Assembly (NCBI GenBank): GCA_030704615.1
Contig: CM060732.1
Span: forward strand, 2,914,001-2,978,000
Reading direction: 5' to 3'
Length of the DNA: 64,000 bases
Source: Takakia lepidozioides
Taxonomy: Eukaryota > Plantae > Bryophyta
The notes under the pieces are model-generated. The model was not told the origin of the DNA. It ran no database searches and saw only the letters and a list, made by a program, of their open reading frames with translations. Position numbers and translations under genes: made by a program. Positions 12,788-25,100 of this stretch are shown here, piece by piece (within the stretch, counting starts at the first letter, position 1; each line of letters starts with the position of its first letter).

Positions 12788-15700
12788 TTGTGGGAAAGAG
12801 AAGTGGCACGTGCCCGAGCCCTTGGGCTTTCAAGGATGCCATGGCCATGTGAATGTTGTTTGGGCACTACAAGTAGATCTGAGGACGGTGTGCGCACACA
12901 TCTCCTTCACCACAAAAGACATGAAGCATTTTGGGTGTGGATTGGAGATGGACCTGCAGACGAAGACGATGAAGAGTGGGCACAATTGGACAATGCACAC
13001 CCCCGGGGGAGCCATACAGACAGGCCAGACAAGGACTATGTCATGGGCGCAGGACATGAACCAGGCATGGACGGAGGGGTGGAGATTACTCGAATGTTGC
13101 AGGAAGCATTCCACATCATGGACGATGCTGAAGAGGGGGACGGCGCTGCGACAACTGGGGATGGTGATGATGTAGGAACTGAAGGCATTCACGTGGGGGA
13201 AGGCGTGGAAGGAGGTGGAGATGGAGATGAGAATTCAACACACATGACACTAGAAGAAGCATGTGTGCCACTGTACGAGGGATGCAAATCCACAAAGCTT
13301 GTTGCCACCATGCTGTTGATGAACCTGTGCACAACCCACGGTGTCTCAGACCATTTTGTGGACGAGTTGTTCTCTTTGCTTCGGCTGAACTTGCTTCCAC
13401 AACCAAATGAAGTGCCAAAAAGCTGTCACATGGCCAACAAAATGATTGGGAAGCTCGTCCTCAACTACGTGAAAATACATGCATGTCCAAAAAGACATGT
13501 ACTTTTCAGAAGAGAGTATAAGGACGCTATGGAGTGCCCCAAATGCGGTGCAGCCCGATACCATGATGTGGGCAGGTTACAACAGCCAGCCAAGGTGTTG
13601 AGGCACTTTCCCCTTATCCCCCGTCTATTACGAATGTACAAATGCAAGATCATTAGTGAGCTCATGACTTGGCATTCCAAGAATGCCTCAAACGATGGTT
13701 TGGTAAGGCATGTCCCAGATTCCCTTGCATGGAAGCATATAGATGCAACTTGGCCCGATTTCGCCGAGGACCCACGCAATGTGCGATTGGCTGTATCTAC
13801 GGATGGAGTAAACCCATACGGATCAAAGAGTTGCACATGGTCCACGTGGCCCGTGCAGTTGGTGGCATACAACCTGCCACCATGGTTGACAACAAAGAAA
13901 TTCTTTGTCATGTTGTCTCTCTTGATTCCAGGCAAGGAGTCCGTGACAAATGCAAACATAGATGTGTATTTGCAACCATTGATTGAAGAGCTACAGGAAC
14001 TATGGATTGGAGTTGAAGCTTACGACATTTTGAAACCAATAGGGCAACGGACTTTCACCCTCCGTGCCATACTCATGTGGTCAATCCACGATTTCCCCGC
14101 ATATGGCCTTGTTGCGGGTTGCAAGACGAAGGGCTACCAAGGGTACCCCATTTGTGGGCCCTATGTGGATTCACGGCACTCAAAGCCATTGGGGAAGACA
14201 ATATACATGGGGCATCGACGTTACCTTGCAAGAAACCACCCCTACCGACGAGCAGGAAGGCACTTCAATGGATGTGTTGAAAAGAGAATGGCACCAAATG
14301 CTGTGACACCGGAGGAGACATTGCAATTTGCAAAGGAGAAAGAGGCGTTCATGGAGATTGGAGGGAGAGAAGGAAGTAGTGCGGATCCAGCCATGGAGCA
14401 CGGGGTGAAGCGCCGGACAATCCTTTGGGATTTGCCATACTGGAAGGTGCATGAATCCCCCACCCCCCCATTCACTCACTTTCTTTCACATTGTGCTTCC
14501 TGGAATTACCTTTAGTGTCAGGAGTCCTTCTAGCAACTCCTAAGTCAGTGTAACTACTATGCAGTAGATGTTGAAGTCGTACACCTCACTATGGAGAGGA
14601 TCGTGTAGTTGTTGAAAGCAGAATGTAGTAACATGGACAACTTCTGCCACATATTCTACTATTTTTGCCCATAGAACTTGGTCTCATGGGAGGACATCTG
14701 GCATTTCAGAACCTCTTGCAGCGGTACCTCCTGGACCCCATGCATTGTGAGAAGAACTTCTGCGAGAACATTCTGAAGACGATCTTTGGGGAGAAGGATA
14801 CGATAAACGTACGAAATGACATGGAGATTGAGGGGATACGGTCACATCTGTGGCTAAGGCCTGATCCAAATAGACCTCGCAAAGTGCACATGCCAGCAGC
14901 ATCATACGTCCTAACCAAATCAGAGCAAGAGCATTTTTTGAAGACATTGGGAGCCATGAAAGTGCCAACCGGATTCTCGGGTGCTTTCCAAAAGCATGCC
15001 ATAAACAAGAAATGGTCGGGGATGAAGTCACATGATCTACACGTGATGATGCAGCAGATTTTGCCAGTGTGCATTCGGGGTACAATGGCGTCGGGTCCTC
15101 GAACAGCCATAATGCGTGTAAGTCGAGTGTTTAGGAAGATTTGTGCGAAGGTGTGGGATCCGAGGGACATTACATCGTTGCATGAGGATGTGGCTATGAC
15201 CCTATGTTTGCTGGAGTAGAATTCCCTCCATCATTCTTTGACGTCATGACGCACTTGCTAGTGCATCTTGTAGAGGAGCTGCATGTGTGTGGGCCCGTAG
15301 CCAGCCGTTGGATGTACCCCATGGAGAGGTACATGAAGGATCTGAAGGGGTATGTACGCAACATGGCACGGCCAGAGGGGAGTATGGCGGAGGGCTACAT
15401 CCGCGATGAAGCCCTGGGCTTCATGACAGAGTATATGTTTTCATTTGATGCAACACAACGACGGGTGTGGGACGAGAACGAGGAAGAATGAGTTGTAGGC
15501 GAGGTCCTAGAAGGTGGTGGAACAAAGCGTGCCATGAGCCCGCGCCTTCGGGATGTGGCACATGATTATGTGCTGAACAACACAACAACCATGACACCAT
15601 GGAGACAGTGGGTGTAAACTTACATCCCTCCTGTGCTATTCTTAATGGTCTTTGTATGCTGGAATTACAGATATATTGTCACAAGTCATTCCGGCCACTA

Positions 15701-16788
15701 TGGGAGTGGGATCGTGTACTAACAGGGTGCTTCAGACGACTACAGAGGGTGTTTCATAGTTGGTGTTGTTGCTTGCAAGTGATTATGAAGTAGGCTGCAT
15801 CACTACAGTGTGCTTGAAAGGACACAATTTGCATGTGGCATGCATGTACAGTACGGTGTTGGTTAGGGGGTCTGAGTTGCAGCTTCTATTTGATTTCTGC
15901 CAGAAAGTACGCAGCGGAGAAGGTCCACCTGAAAACGGAACAGAGTGCATTTGCAAAAGCATGGCGGAGGGGCGGTCATAGGCGCAGATCCCCGGTGGAG
16001 TACCCCACAACAATGGAGGAGCTGCATCCCTTTACAGTGTGGGTCAGATCTGCAATTGCAGTGTACGCATCAGAGAACGAGGACCCAGATGAGGGCATGG
16101 TGAGTCTGTCATTCCCCCAGGGCTGATTGCCACTTCGTACCGGTCAATGAAAGCATATGGCAATCATTATAGAGTGGACGATGCCAACACCAGCCTCCTG
16201 GTGACTTATGACAACGGAGTGACATCATTTTTTGAACAAGAGAGTAGGAGCTGTGCACGAGATCGGAATCCAATTTCATGCCCTGTGCAATATGTAGGAG
16301 TCATCAAAGAGATCCTTAAACTAGACTATGGTCTTGTGAAGCCAATTATATTCCGTTGTTCTTGGGTAAAAGCCAATATGGTAGGAGAGAATGCCACCAT
16401 GAAACGGGATGAGTACGGGTTCCTCCTTGCTGATTTCAGAAAAATGCTACCACAAGATGAAGAGCCATTCATCTTCCCATCGCAAGTTGAGCAAGTTTTC
16501 TTTTCAGATGACACCCATGCGCCGGGATGGAAGGTGGTTCTTCACAAGGACCCCCGGGCCAAACGAGTCGTGGCCGACGTCCATGATCTGGACCTAGGGG
16601 AGAATGCCGACCACGAGGGTCTGAGGGAACCACAAAATCTACCAGATACGGCCGAACCAATCTCTTTGGAAGGAGCAGTTACCTTTAATGAGGAAGACAT
16701 TCCAGGGTTGGTAATTACCGCAAGGCAAATTGCAGATGTGGGCAGTGAAGGGGAAGATTCTTTGGATACGGATAGTGAGCCCAGTTGA
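12788..16788 (+). pseudogene. CACTA TnpD/Tnp2-type transposase (Transposase_21, DUF4218 and DUF4216-like regions) with introns and disabling lesions
   Basis: LRHFPLIPRL, WKHIDATWPDFAEDPRNVRLAVSTDGVNP, WSIHDFPAYG, LDPMHCEKN, GMKSHDLHVMMQ, FPPSFFDVMTHLLVHL..GPV..RWMYPMERYM, EPFIFPSQVEQVFF. Introns at ~14447-14709 and ~15609-15903; frameshifts or stops near 15217, 15489 and 16120. Confidence 0.93.
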
Positions 16789-19656
16789 ATCTCAGTGTCC
16801 ATTAAGCCGGCAGCTCGTAGACGAGAGCTGTGCTAAGGACTCTTATTGTCCTTAGAACCCATTTTGTACAGTCCTGCAAGCGCACAAGGGCGAGACAGTT
16901 AATAGTATCAATAATGTCCCGAAATGTGGTCCGTATTGTCTTGTGAACAAACCTATATTTACAGTATGATTGTAGTTCAAAACCAAAGGGCATATCCTTC
17001 AGTCTTGACGTCTTTGCGTCTTCTTCTGTGACGCCTTCTTCATAACTTGACAAATGGAAAAGCAGCTACACCTCAAATTTATTGCAAGGCCACTCAATGG
17101 CACTAAGAACGTTTCGAGCATGCTATCAGAAAACTAGACGGGCAAAAACCCAATTCAGCAGCCTCACCTTGCGTGGATACTTGGGAATTGATACCAGAAG
17201 GGCATGCCCGTATGCGAGCTCCATCGTGCCTCCATCCAGCACATTCTGTAAATGTTGAATGACCAAGACCCCGATGTTACACCCTTCTGAGAAGCCACTA
17301 CGCGCGCTCACAGTATACGAAGGCCTTGCCGTGTCAGGATTCGCATTCCCACATCCCGCCATGTCCGACGAAGCACTTGCATCCCTGTCTCTGCCAGGTG
17401 GAGGCAGCACGTATTAAAATATCTATTCCCCCAAGGCCACATTTGGTTTACCTCTTTTTGTGAAAGCCACGTCAGCAAATGTGCTGCCGAATCATGGGTG
17501 CAATGAATGTGCAGTGGTTCATGGAGTCGTTGAGTCGACTACATATTCACTTTAATGAATAAATATCTTTATTCCATTAATCGAATTAGAAAACAAAATT
17601 TGTAGTCGCATGTGCAGTAATTACAACCACTTGTAAATTTGGCTTTTTCAAATTTTATGTATTTACGCAATTCGTAAAATAGCCCGGAATTCTGCTACGA
17701 CTCCGGAGTCGTTGACCCCACTTCTGTCCGCCGTCTGAAATGCCCCCGTGGGCCCACATTGTCTGTTTCGACTCTCCAGTAGTCCCGTTTACTACCAAGT
17801 GGTTCCCGGGGTGGTCGCGGACATGCAGTCGATTCGGAAAAGACACGAATGCTTCTAGTGGTACCAAGGGAGGGAGAGGGTAATACTCCATATTCCCAAA
17901 TGATGGAAGTGATGGTAAAGCTACAATTTGCATTATCCAGGGACTTCTCATGGTAGCCCTGTCATAGAAAAGATTGTATAAGAATTGACAGGCTAAACAT
18001 AGTAGTGAAAAGAATACTTTCCCTGTGAATTCCCTCGTGAATGCACCTGCTCTGCTCCCGTTGCTCTACTTTGGTACGAATGGGCTTGCAGGCTTCCTTG
18101 CGTGCAGTTTCCTCAAATGTCTTGGCCCAGAACTCTGAGGGCGTGTCCAACGGGAGCTCAGGGCACGGAAGAGGTTCTCCCTTCGGGTAATCAACAAAAA
18201 CCAACTGCTCATACAACAGGTTGCGCGCAAGCTCGCAAATGTAGCGAGATTCCAACGCCAGAGTCTGCTTCAAGCGCGGGACCTCAAATTGATCAAGTTC
18301 AAACCATCCACGCTCAGAACTGGAAGCCATTGTGCTTGTTTGCCAAACTCTCAAAACACAAGAAAATACGAGCAGGAAAACTCTCTCTCTTTCTCTCTGC
18401 GTGCGGGACAATAGCCGCCATTTTGCCACCCCTCTCCCTACAATCATGCAGGATCCCCGTACCCAATCTACTGTTCTCAGGTGCTCCATACCCACTAAAT
18501 CCTCTGTCAACGATTTTAGTTACCCCGCATCTCCACCATGATTCCGGCGCTATGGGTTTGTTCCCCTTCCTCTACCGGACTTGACCCTATCTGGGGAATG
18601 TAGTCAATAGAAGGGCCTGGCAGAGAAGACGGAATCTTTCCAAGAGGACGCTACAGACCCAGACCTCCAACATTTTCATCCAACCACTTACGCTCACCGT
18701 TACGCCCAACGTACGCTTGCGTAAGACTCAAAACCCACCACCCTCACTGCCACGACAGTGAGGCTTAAATAGCATTAGGTCATAATCTAATCTTAGTGCC
18801 ATGTGGCACTTACACATAGGTCCACCAAATGTCCTTCCAGCATAGCCATAGAAAGAAGCTAGATCACCTAGTCTCATCCTAATCTGATCCTAAACTAGCT
18901 GTTAGAATAAGACAGCCCCTAATAAAGCCATCAGCTGTTGCCAGCTCATCCTCATGCGCAAGGTGTAAGTCCATCCAACTTTCATCCTGGCTTCGTCCAT
19001 CCCTTAAATCATCCGGATCGCATCCCTCCTCCATCCATCCATCCCTCCTCCAAGGTGAGATCCATGGAATCCCAGCTCCAGTGATGAGAAGGAATCCCAG
19101 CTCCACATATGCCTGCTGGGGCCATAAGAAATTGCGAGCTCCTGCGAGTGATGAGCTCAGGGAGGACAAAAAGGAAGTCTAGCCAAAACAAGCTACACAC
19201 CCGACACACAAGGGATGAAAAAACCTAGGGAAGAAAACCTCACCCTGCAAGCTGGGTGGAGGACAAAACATCCCATAGGAAAAAACCCAAGTGCTACAAA
19301 TGGTGTAGAAAACTAGCACGAAATTCAAACACTACTCTAAAGAAGAGGCTGGCAGATTGCGAGCTGTCCGAGCTATGGGGGTGAAGATCACCTGACGGTT
19401 CTCAACATTCAAACAGGTTAGATCAAAAGTAAGAGTGCATGGAACAAGTAAAGAAACATGAATGGAGCTAGCTAAGTGAGGAGTGGAGGCATGTTGTGGG
19501 AGCAAGACATACTGCCTGCCAGGAAGAATATCAGAGATAAGGTAAGGGTCATTTAGCCTTGGAAATCTGCTTACCAGGCTGAAGTCTCACACAAACAAAC
19601 TGGCCTACCTTGAAGGACTCAGAATATACAACACTGTAATTCTTTGCCTGAGCAGC

Positions 19657-20460
19657 TTGGGCAAACACAATGTTAGATTTGGCAGTCTCCCTCAAACAAC
19701 GTTGTTTAACATCCATGGAAAGCAAGAAGGTCTCCCAATTCTCAGGCTCAGTAGCCGAGACCTACAGCCAAGAAATATGCAAAGGGGTCCTACATTTCCT
19801 ACCATACAAAAGTTCAAAATGGGAAATTTTGGTACTGGCATGGATAGAGGTCCTGTAGGCAAAGAGCAGAATAGGCACAACAATATCCCATTCATCAATG
19901 AGTGTCCCATTCTTCTCGAGCATCTGGCATATAGTTTTGTTAAATCGTTCTGTCAAACCATTGCATTGGGGATTGTAGGGAGCAGTAACGGCATGCTTAG
20001 TGTTGAGATTAAACAAGACAATCTCCATAAGTTGGTTGCAGAACTCTGTACCTTGATCCGTGAGGATTTCCAGAGGGCAACCATGATGAAAAATCACCTT
20101 ATCAAAGAAGAATTGCACCACCTCATCACTATCCTTAGCAACCAGAGGTCGGAGCTCAACCCATTTTGTCAGGTAGCCGTTGCAACCGCGAGGTATGCAT
20201 GGCCCTTGGACGTGGATTTAAAGGGTCCGACTAGATCCAAGCCAACCCTGGCAAATGGTTCAGTCACCGGGATAGGCTGTAAAGGCAAGGGAGCGTCAGT
20301 TCTAGGTATGATGGTCTTAGCATGACAGGGCACACACCTTGCAATGAAAGCTGAGACATCTTTAACTAAGTCTTTCCAGTGATACTACTCCTGTAATCTC
20401 TTGACAGTTTTAACAACCCCCAAATGGCCAACATAAGTAGAAGCATGGTATAATTCAAGT
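19657..20460 (-). pseudogene. Ty3/Gypsy integrase fragment of an older element, interrupted by the element starting at 20475
   Basis: Minus-strand translation shows H..GHLG..RCVPC zinc finger, VGLDLVGP, ILTDQGTEF and NGLTERFN. Confidence 0.85.
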
Positions 20461-20474
20461 AAAGCAGGGACATC

Positions 20475-21447
20475 TGTTAGAGGACTGTCGGGGACTTAGA
20501 CACTTATACGGGATCTGTAGGGTACCCTTAATTTTTGCACAGACTGAGACCAACAGGAGCCTTAGGGGTGACAGCAGCGCACTGTAGAGGGGGGTTACAC
20601 AGCCCGTCACAGTCGTCACAGCTGACACAGCCAACACAGCCCGTCACAGTCGTCACAGCAGACACAGCCGACACAGCCAACACAGCCCGTCACAGTCGTC
20701 AAAGTCGACACAGCCCGGCACAGCCACACAGCCAGTCACAGCCCGACACAGCCAAACACAGTCGCACAGCCAGTCACAGCCCGTCACAGTTTCACACAGC
20801 CAGTCATAGCTTGACACAGCTGTCACGATCATAGGGAACGAAGAGTATGACAGGGAACAACTGTGGGGAACAACACCTGCGAAGGGAACATGTTAGTTCA
20901 CAGACGACGGTTAGTGAGGGAAACGGTTAGAACCACGGATAGAAAGATAAAGGGAGAAACGGGGAATTGAGGGATATCATTCGGAGGAGGACTTCTTGGT
21001 CATGGAGGAGAGGGGATCGGGCAGAGATGAAGAACGGAAGTGAAGATAGAGAGATGATGAGTAGATGCTTGATATATGCAAGGCTGTAATGATATTGTAG
21101 AGCATATTAGAGACACAATGGCTTCGGCTGATACCTGATAAATCATAATCGGATATTTTACGATACAATCACATGTGTAGAGAGATCTGAGTGAAGCTGT
21201 GGAATGAATGGATAAGTTGATGGAATCCAATAGATTGATAAAGCAAACTGATACTTAATTATCAATGGTAAGATAGCTAACATGAATACCAAAAGGGAAA
21301 CAAATAGGAAACACCCCCATGATACACTAGCTGTAGGTCATGACTGATTGTTCTGCGCGGGCTGAGTACTTAGAGATTTCCAACTCTTCAATCTTGGAGT
21401 TTCCGCCTCGAATAGCGAAGGGATGGGTGAGTAAAAGCCGCGCGACA
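20475..21447 (+). repeat. 5' LTR (~973 bp) containing a CACAGC/GACACAG-rich degenerate tandem array
   Basis: TGTTAG...GCGACA; similar throughout to 32782-33781; followed directly by a TGG-initiated PBS. Confidence 0.85.
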
Positions 21448-21449
21448 TT

Positions 21450-21467
21450 TGGCGACCATACTGGGGA
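21450..21467 (+). promoter_or_regulatory. Primer-binding site TGGCGACCATACTGGGGA (non-Met tRNA type)
   Basis: Lies 2 nt after the LTR end and begins TGG, complementary to the tRNA CCA end; resembles Athila/Tat PBSs. Confidence 0.7.
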
Positions 21468-22138
21468 ACTGAGTCATGAACAACCAGATGTGACAGGCAT
21501 CTGGTGGGATCATGGTGGTTGGACCATTAAAGAATTTGAAGTGAATCAAATTCCCTGTGGAACGAAGGAAGAAAGATTGTCCAAACAATTCTTTCAAAGG
21601 TTCTTGGAATTGCCAGACGGTTGTAAAGAAAATATTCTTAAGCGAGTGCATGATGCTGATCCGGAATGGGGTCTGAGGAGAAAGGAGTGATAAAGATTTA
21701 TCAGGTAGCCTGTAGAGGAGAAGAGCACGTTGGTTACCAACATTGGTTTATGTGATAGCATTGCTATCCATTAAGCGAGTAGAGTTTGAAGGCTGGGAAG
21801 AAAGAAAGAAGGTGAATGTTTATACGCATATGCATGAAGAGCTTGTACTGGTAAAGAATGGATTCCAAAGGATATTTTGTGGATCAAACTCACACCAAGA
21901 ACAGCTTTTCAGACTTGTTTGCCATATGGTTATATGGTAACGGAGACTTCAAGTAACCAAGGGTGCATTGAAGCTTGAAAGAAACCCAGGCATATATGAG
22001 AGATATTACAGAAGAGAGTTTGGTTATTGCCACATAAAAGAAATGAAAGACATGGGACATGAGTGATGAAAGAGAAGCTAGACGACAGAGATATTCAGCA
22101 AAAAGAGAAAGCTATCTGAAAGCTAATTATCCATATCT

Positions 22139-25100
22139 TTGGGAGAGAGAGGAATAGACATAGGGGAATCATCTGGACCTCTCACACCATTAAGATCAAA
22201 GAGTACATCACCCATACCGGAAGAACTAGAGTTGGATGCCACTCCTTCTGTTTCTTTGCAAGAAAGATTAAGGGAATTGGTACAGGAAGAAGATCAATCA
22301 CGAGGTGAAAGATCTGAGGTACATCCTTGGATAAAAGATTTGACAGAAATCTTTGATAAGAGTTGGCATGGAACACCAAAAGCAGGAACTCCAGTTTCTG
22401 AAGCAGAAGGTGAAGAAGGAGAAGAGGATGTGGCAGAGCCAACGGAGAGTTCAGACTCTCCAACACCATTACAGTTGAGTTACATGAGTGAAGAAGAACC
22501 CAAGGGCAGAACTTGGAGGATGAAAACAGAGAGAAGAAATTGGAAGAGGAAGAAAAAGATATGAAAAGTAGATCCAACAGCTGAGGTTGAGACTACAACC
22601 AGGACATCCCAACCCGTTGGACCTGGATCAAGTGGAGCACTTGGATCACAGGCCAACGAAGGGTCGTCGGCCAGGGGGATCAGGCGGGCTGCCTGGATCT
22701 GGCTCTGGGGGGACAGGGAGTGTGGGAAGTAGTGCAACTAAAGCTGGGATACTGTGAATATCGTGGGGCCAGAGAGCAGGGAGTGCTCAAGGGCCACCAC
22801 TTGGTGGAAGATCCACCACAAAAAACAACAGGTCCAGAAGGACCAGCACCAGCAAGGGTGCCAGCACCTATCAGGGGCAGAAGGTAGGGCCACAGATGGC
22901 GTTACAACCAACACGGGCAAAACCACCCTTCCAATATATTCAGGAAAAGGGATCCCGATGTACACATTAGCCAATTTGAGCACATGTGTATAGTGAACAA
23001 TGAGAATGGCGATGATGCCAAGATGAGACTGTTTCCTTGTTCACTTATCAAGAAAGCAAGTGAATGGTATGCAAGATTCCCTGATAATCATTTCCTAACC
23101 TGGAATGGCTTGATACAACATTTTGAAATAGGTTCAGGACAAGTAAAACTGAGGATGAAGTGTATGGAAAGTTTACAACAGCTGAAGCAGAAGAAGCATG
23201 AAACTGTGAAGAGTATATGGAGAAGATGGAATTGATGATGAAAAGCTGGGGCAGTACAGTACCAGCGCCCGGTTTACAGAAGACTTGATTTGTGAGTGGA
23301 CTAAGAAGAGTTGCAAAAGAAAGTGGATATGTTACCCCATAATACAGTGGAGGAGGCATTTGAAACTGCGAACAGAATTGAGCAATTGGGAATGCTCAGG
23401 AGAGAGAAAAAAAGAAGAGGAGGACTCTGAGGATGAGTCAGATGAGAGAAGAAGAAGAGCAGAACTAAAAAGAAAGAGTAAGAGAAAGAAGAGTTGAAGA
23501 GGGATAACTATGAAAAAAAATTGGAAAGGAAAAGAAATCTTGAAAAAGTATGCCACAGAGGCTGCAACACATTGGAGGAAGGGTGTATGGTGTTGCAAAG
23601 TGCCAGAATGAAGGCCATACCACCACAGAATGCCACATGAAGGAGAAACACTGTACTATCTGTAAAATGGATAACCATTCTACTGAGAATTGTTACTACA
23701 ACAGAAGGACAGCTGCAAGAGAACCTAGGCAAGTAAGGGTGCATCAGGTGCAGCCCCAGCCAAGAAGAAACAATGATCAGGACCACTATGGTAGGTCTGG
23801 TGGTTATAACAATGGCATGGAAGGGAGAGGTAATTCAAGAGGGAATTACCAAGGAAATTCCAGAGGCAACTATCAGGGTAATCCAAGGGGAATTACCAGC
23901 CCGGGAATCAGGATTATAGAAATAATCCAAGAACAGACCAAGGGCGAGGACCCAATGGTGAAGAGCTATGTTACTATTGTAATCAGCCAGGACATCGCAA
24001 GGCAGCCTGTTCATTCTGGATAAGACACCAGAATGAGATGAGAGCTCCTGTGAATGAGGGCCCAGTGGTGGCAGCTCACATGGTTAGGCCATGTGTTGTA
24101 CCAGAAGTAAGTACAATGATAGTAACAAGAAGTAAAGCCCAACTAATACCTCCAGTAGAAGAGGAAGAAGATGAGAATGGAAGTGGCAATGATATGCCTG
24201 AAGATGATGAAGAGACTTGGAAAGATGAGAAGGAACTGCACAGGAAAAGTGGCAGATACTATAAGGGAAATGCAAAAGAGTACTGATATTCCTGTGGGAC
24301 AATTCCTCTGATTCGGATGGAGGAAAAGAAGGGAGTGAGGAGGAAAGAAAAAAAAGAAGTAGATGCAGACATGCAAAGTAATATGAAGAGACTTTGGCTG
24401 TGAAGTAATATGCCAGACCAAAGCAGAAATTACCATTGGACAGCTATTAGCTGTGGCACTTATTGTAGGCACAGGCTGTATCAAGCAATCAATCGAATTG
24501 CCCAAGAGACAGGAAACACAGACCTGAACAGCAAGGTGACCAGTTATAATGTGAAGCCGGAAGGGCGAGAACAGTCATGGACTTTGATGATTCTATGCCA
24601 GTAATCCAATTGAGAATTGGAAGCACAGAACTAACTGATGTACTGATAGATGGTGGTTCTGGAGTAAATATCATGACAAACCAATTAAGGAAAAGCTTGG
24701 TCTAAGTAACATGGAAACCAGCCCCATTTACAGTAACAATGGCAGATCAAAGAAGTGTACAGCCATTGGGATTAATAAGAGGAGTTAAGATACAGATACA
24801 GAAAATGATCGTTATGATCACAGTAACTGTTATTTAAAATGGATGAAGTCATGGAGGCTTACTCCTTATTATTGGGACGTCCATGGCTGAAACAGGCCAG
24901 GGTATTCCATGACTGGAATTCTCAGTTACTAACCGTGCATAATGGGATACACGAGATACAAATTACCACAAAGAATCTAGTAGATTACTGCTACAAGAAG
25001 ACCTCGAGGAGTCAGAGAGTATGACTGGAAAGGAGGACTGGATGAGGAGCAGGACGCTACCCTATTTGCTGCACACCCAGAGTGGGAGCAGGTTGCAGAG

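Larger units (their letters stand above)
4085..17860 (+). mobile_element. Complete CACTA (En/Spm) DNA transposon, 13.8 kb
   Basis: Left TIR CACTAGACGCATTCGTGTC, right TIR GACACGAATGCTTCTAGTG (18/19 match), 3-bp TSD GTA on both sides, internal Tnp2-family transposase. Confidence 0.95.

Noticed and set aside
17861-19650. ORFs 17962-18510 and 18879-19169, and a possible LTR split by the CACTA insertion
   Set aside because: No recognisable domain, and LTR boundaries or a PPT could not be fixed; probably the 3' part of the older Gypsy element.
20535-20834. His/Ser/Thr-rich ORFs in the LTRs (also 32842-33288)
   Set aside because: Translations of the CACAGC tandem array; the frame is not conserved between the two LTRs.
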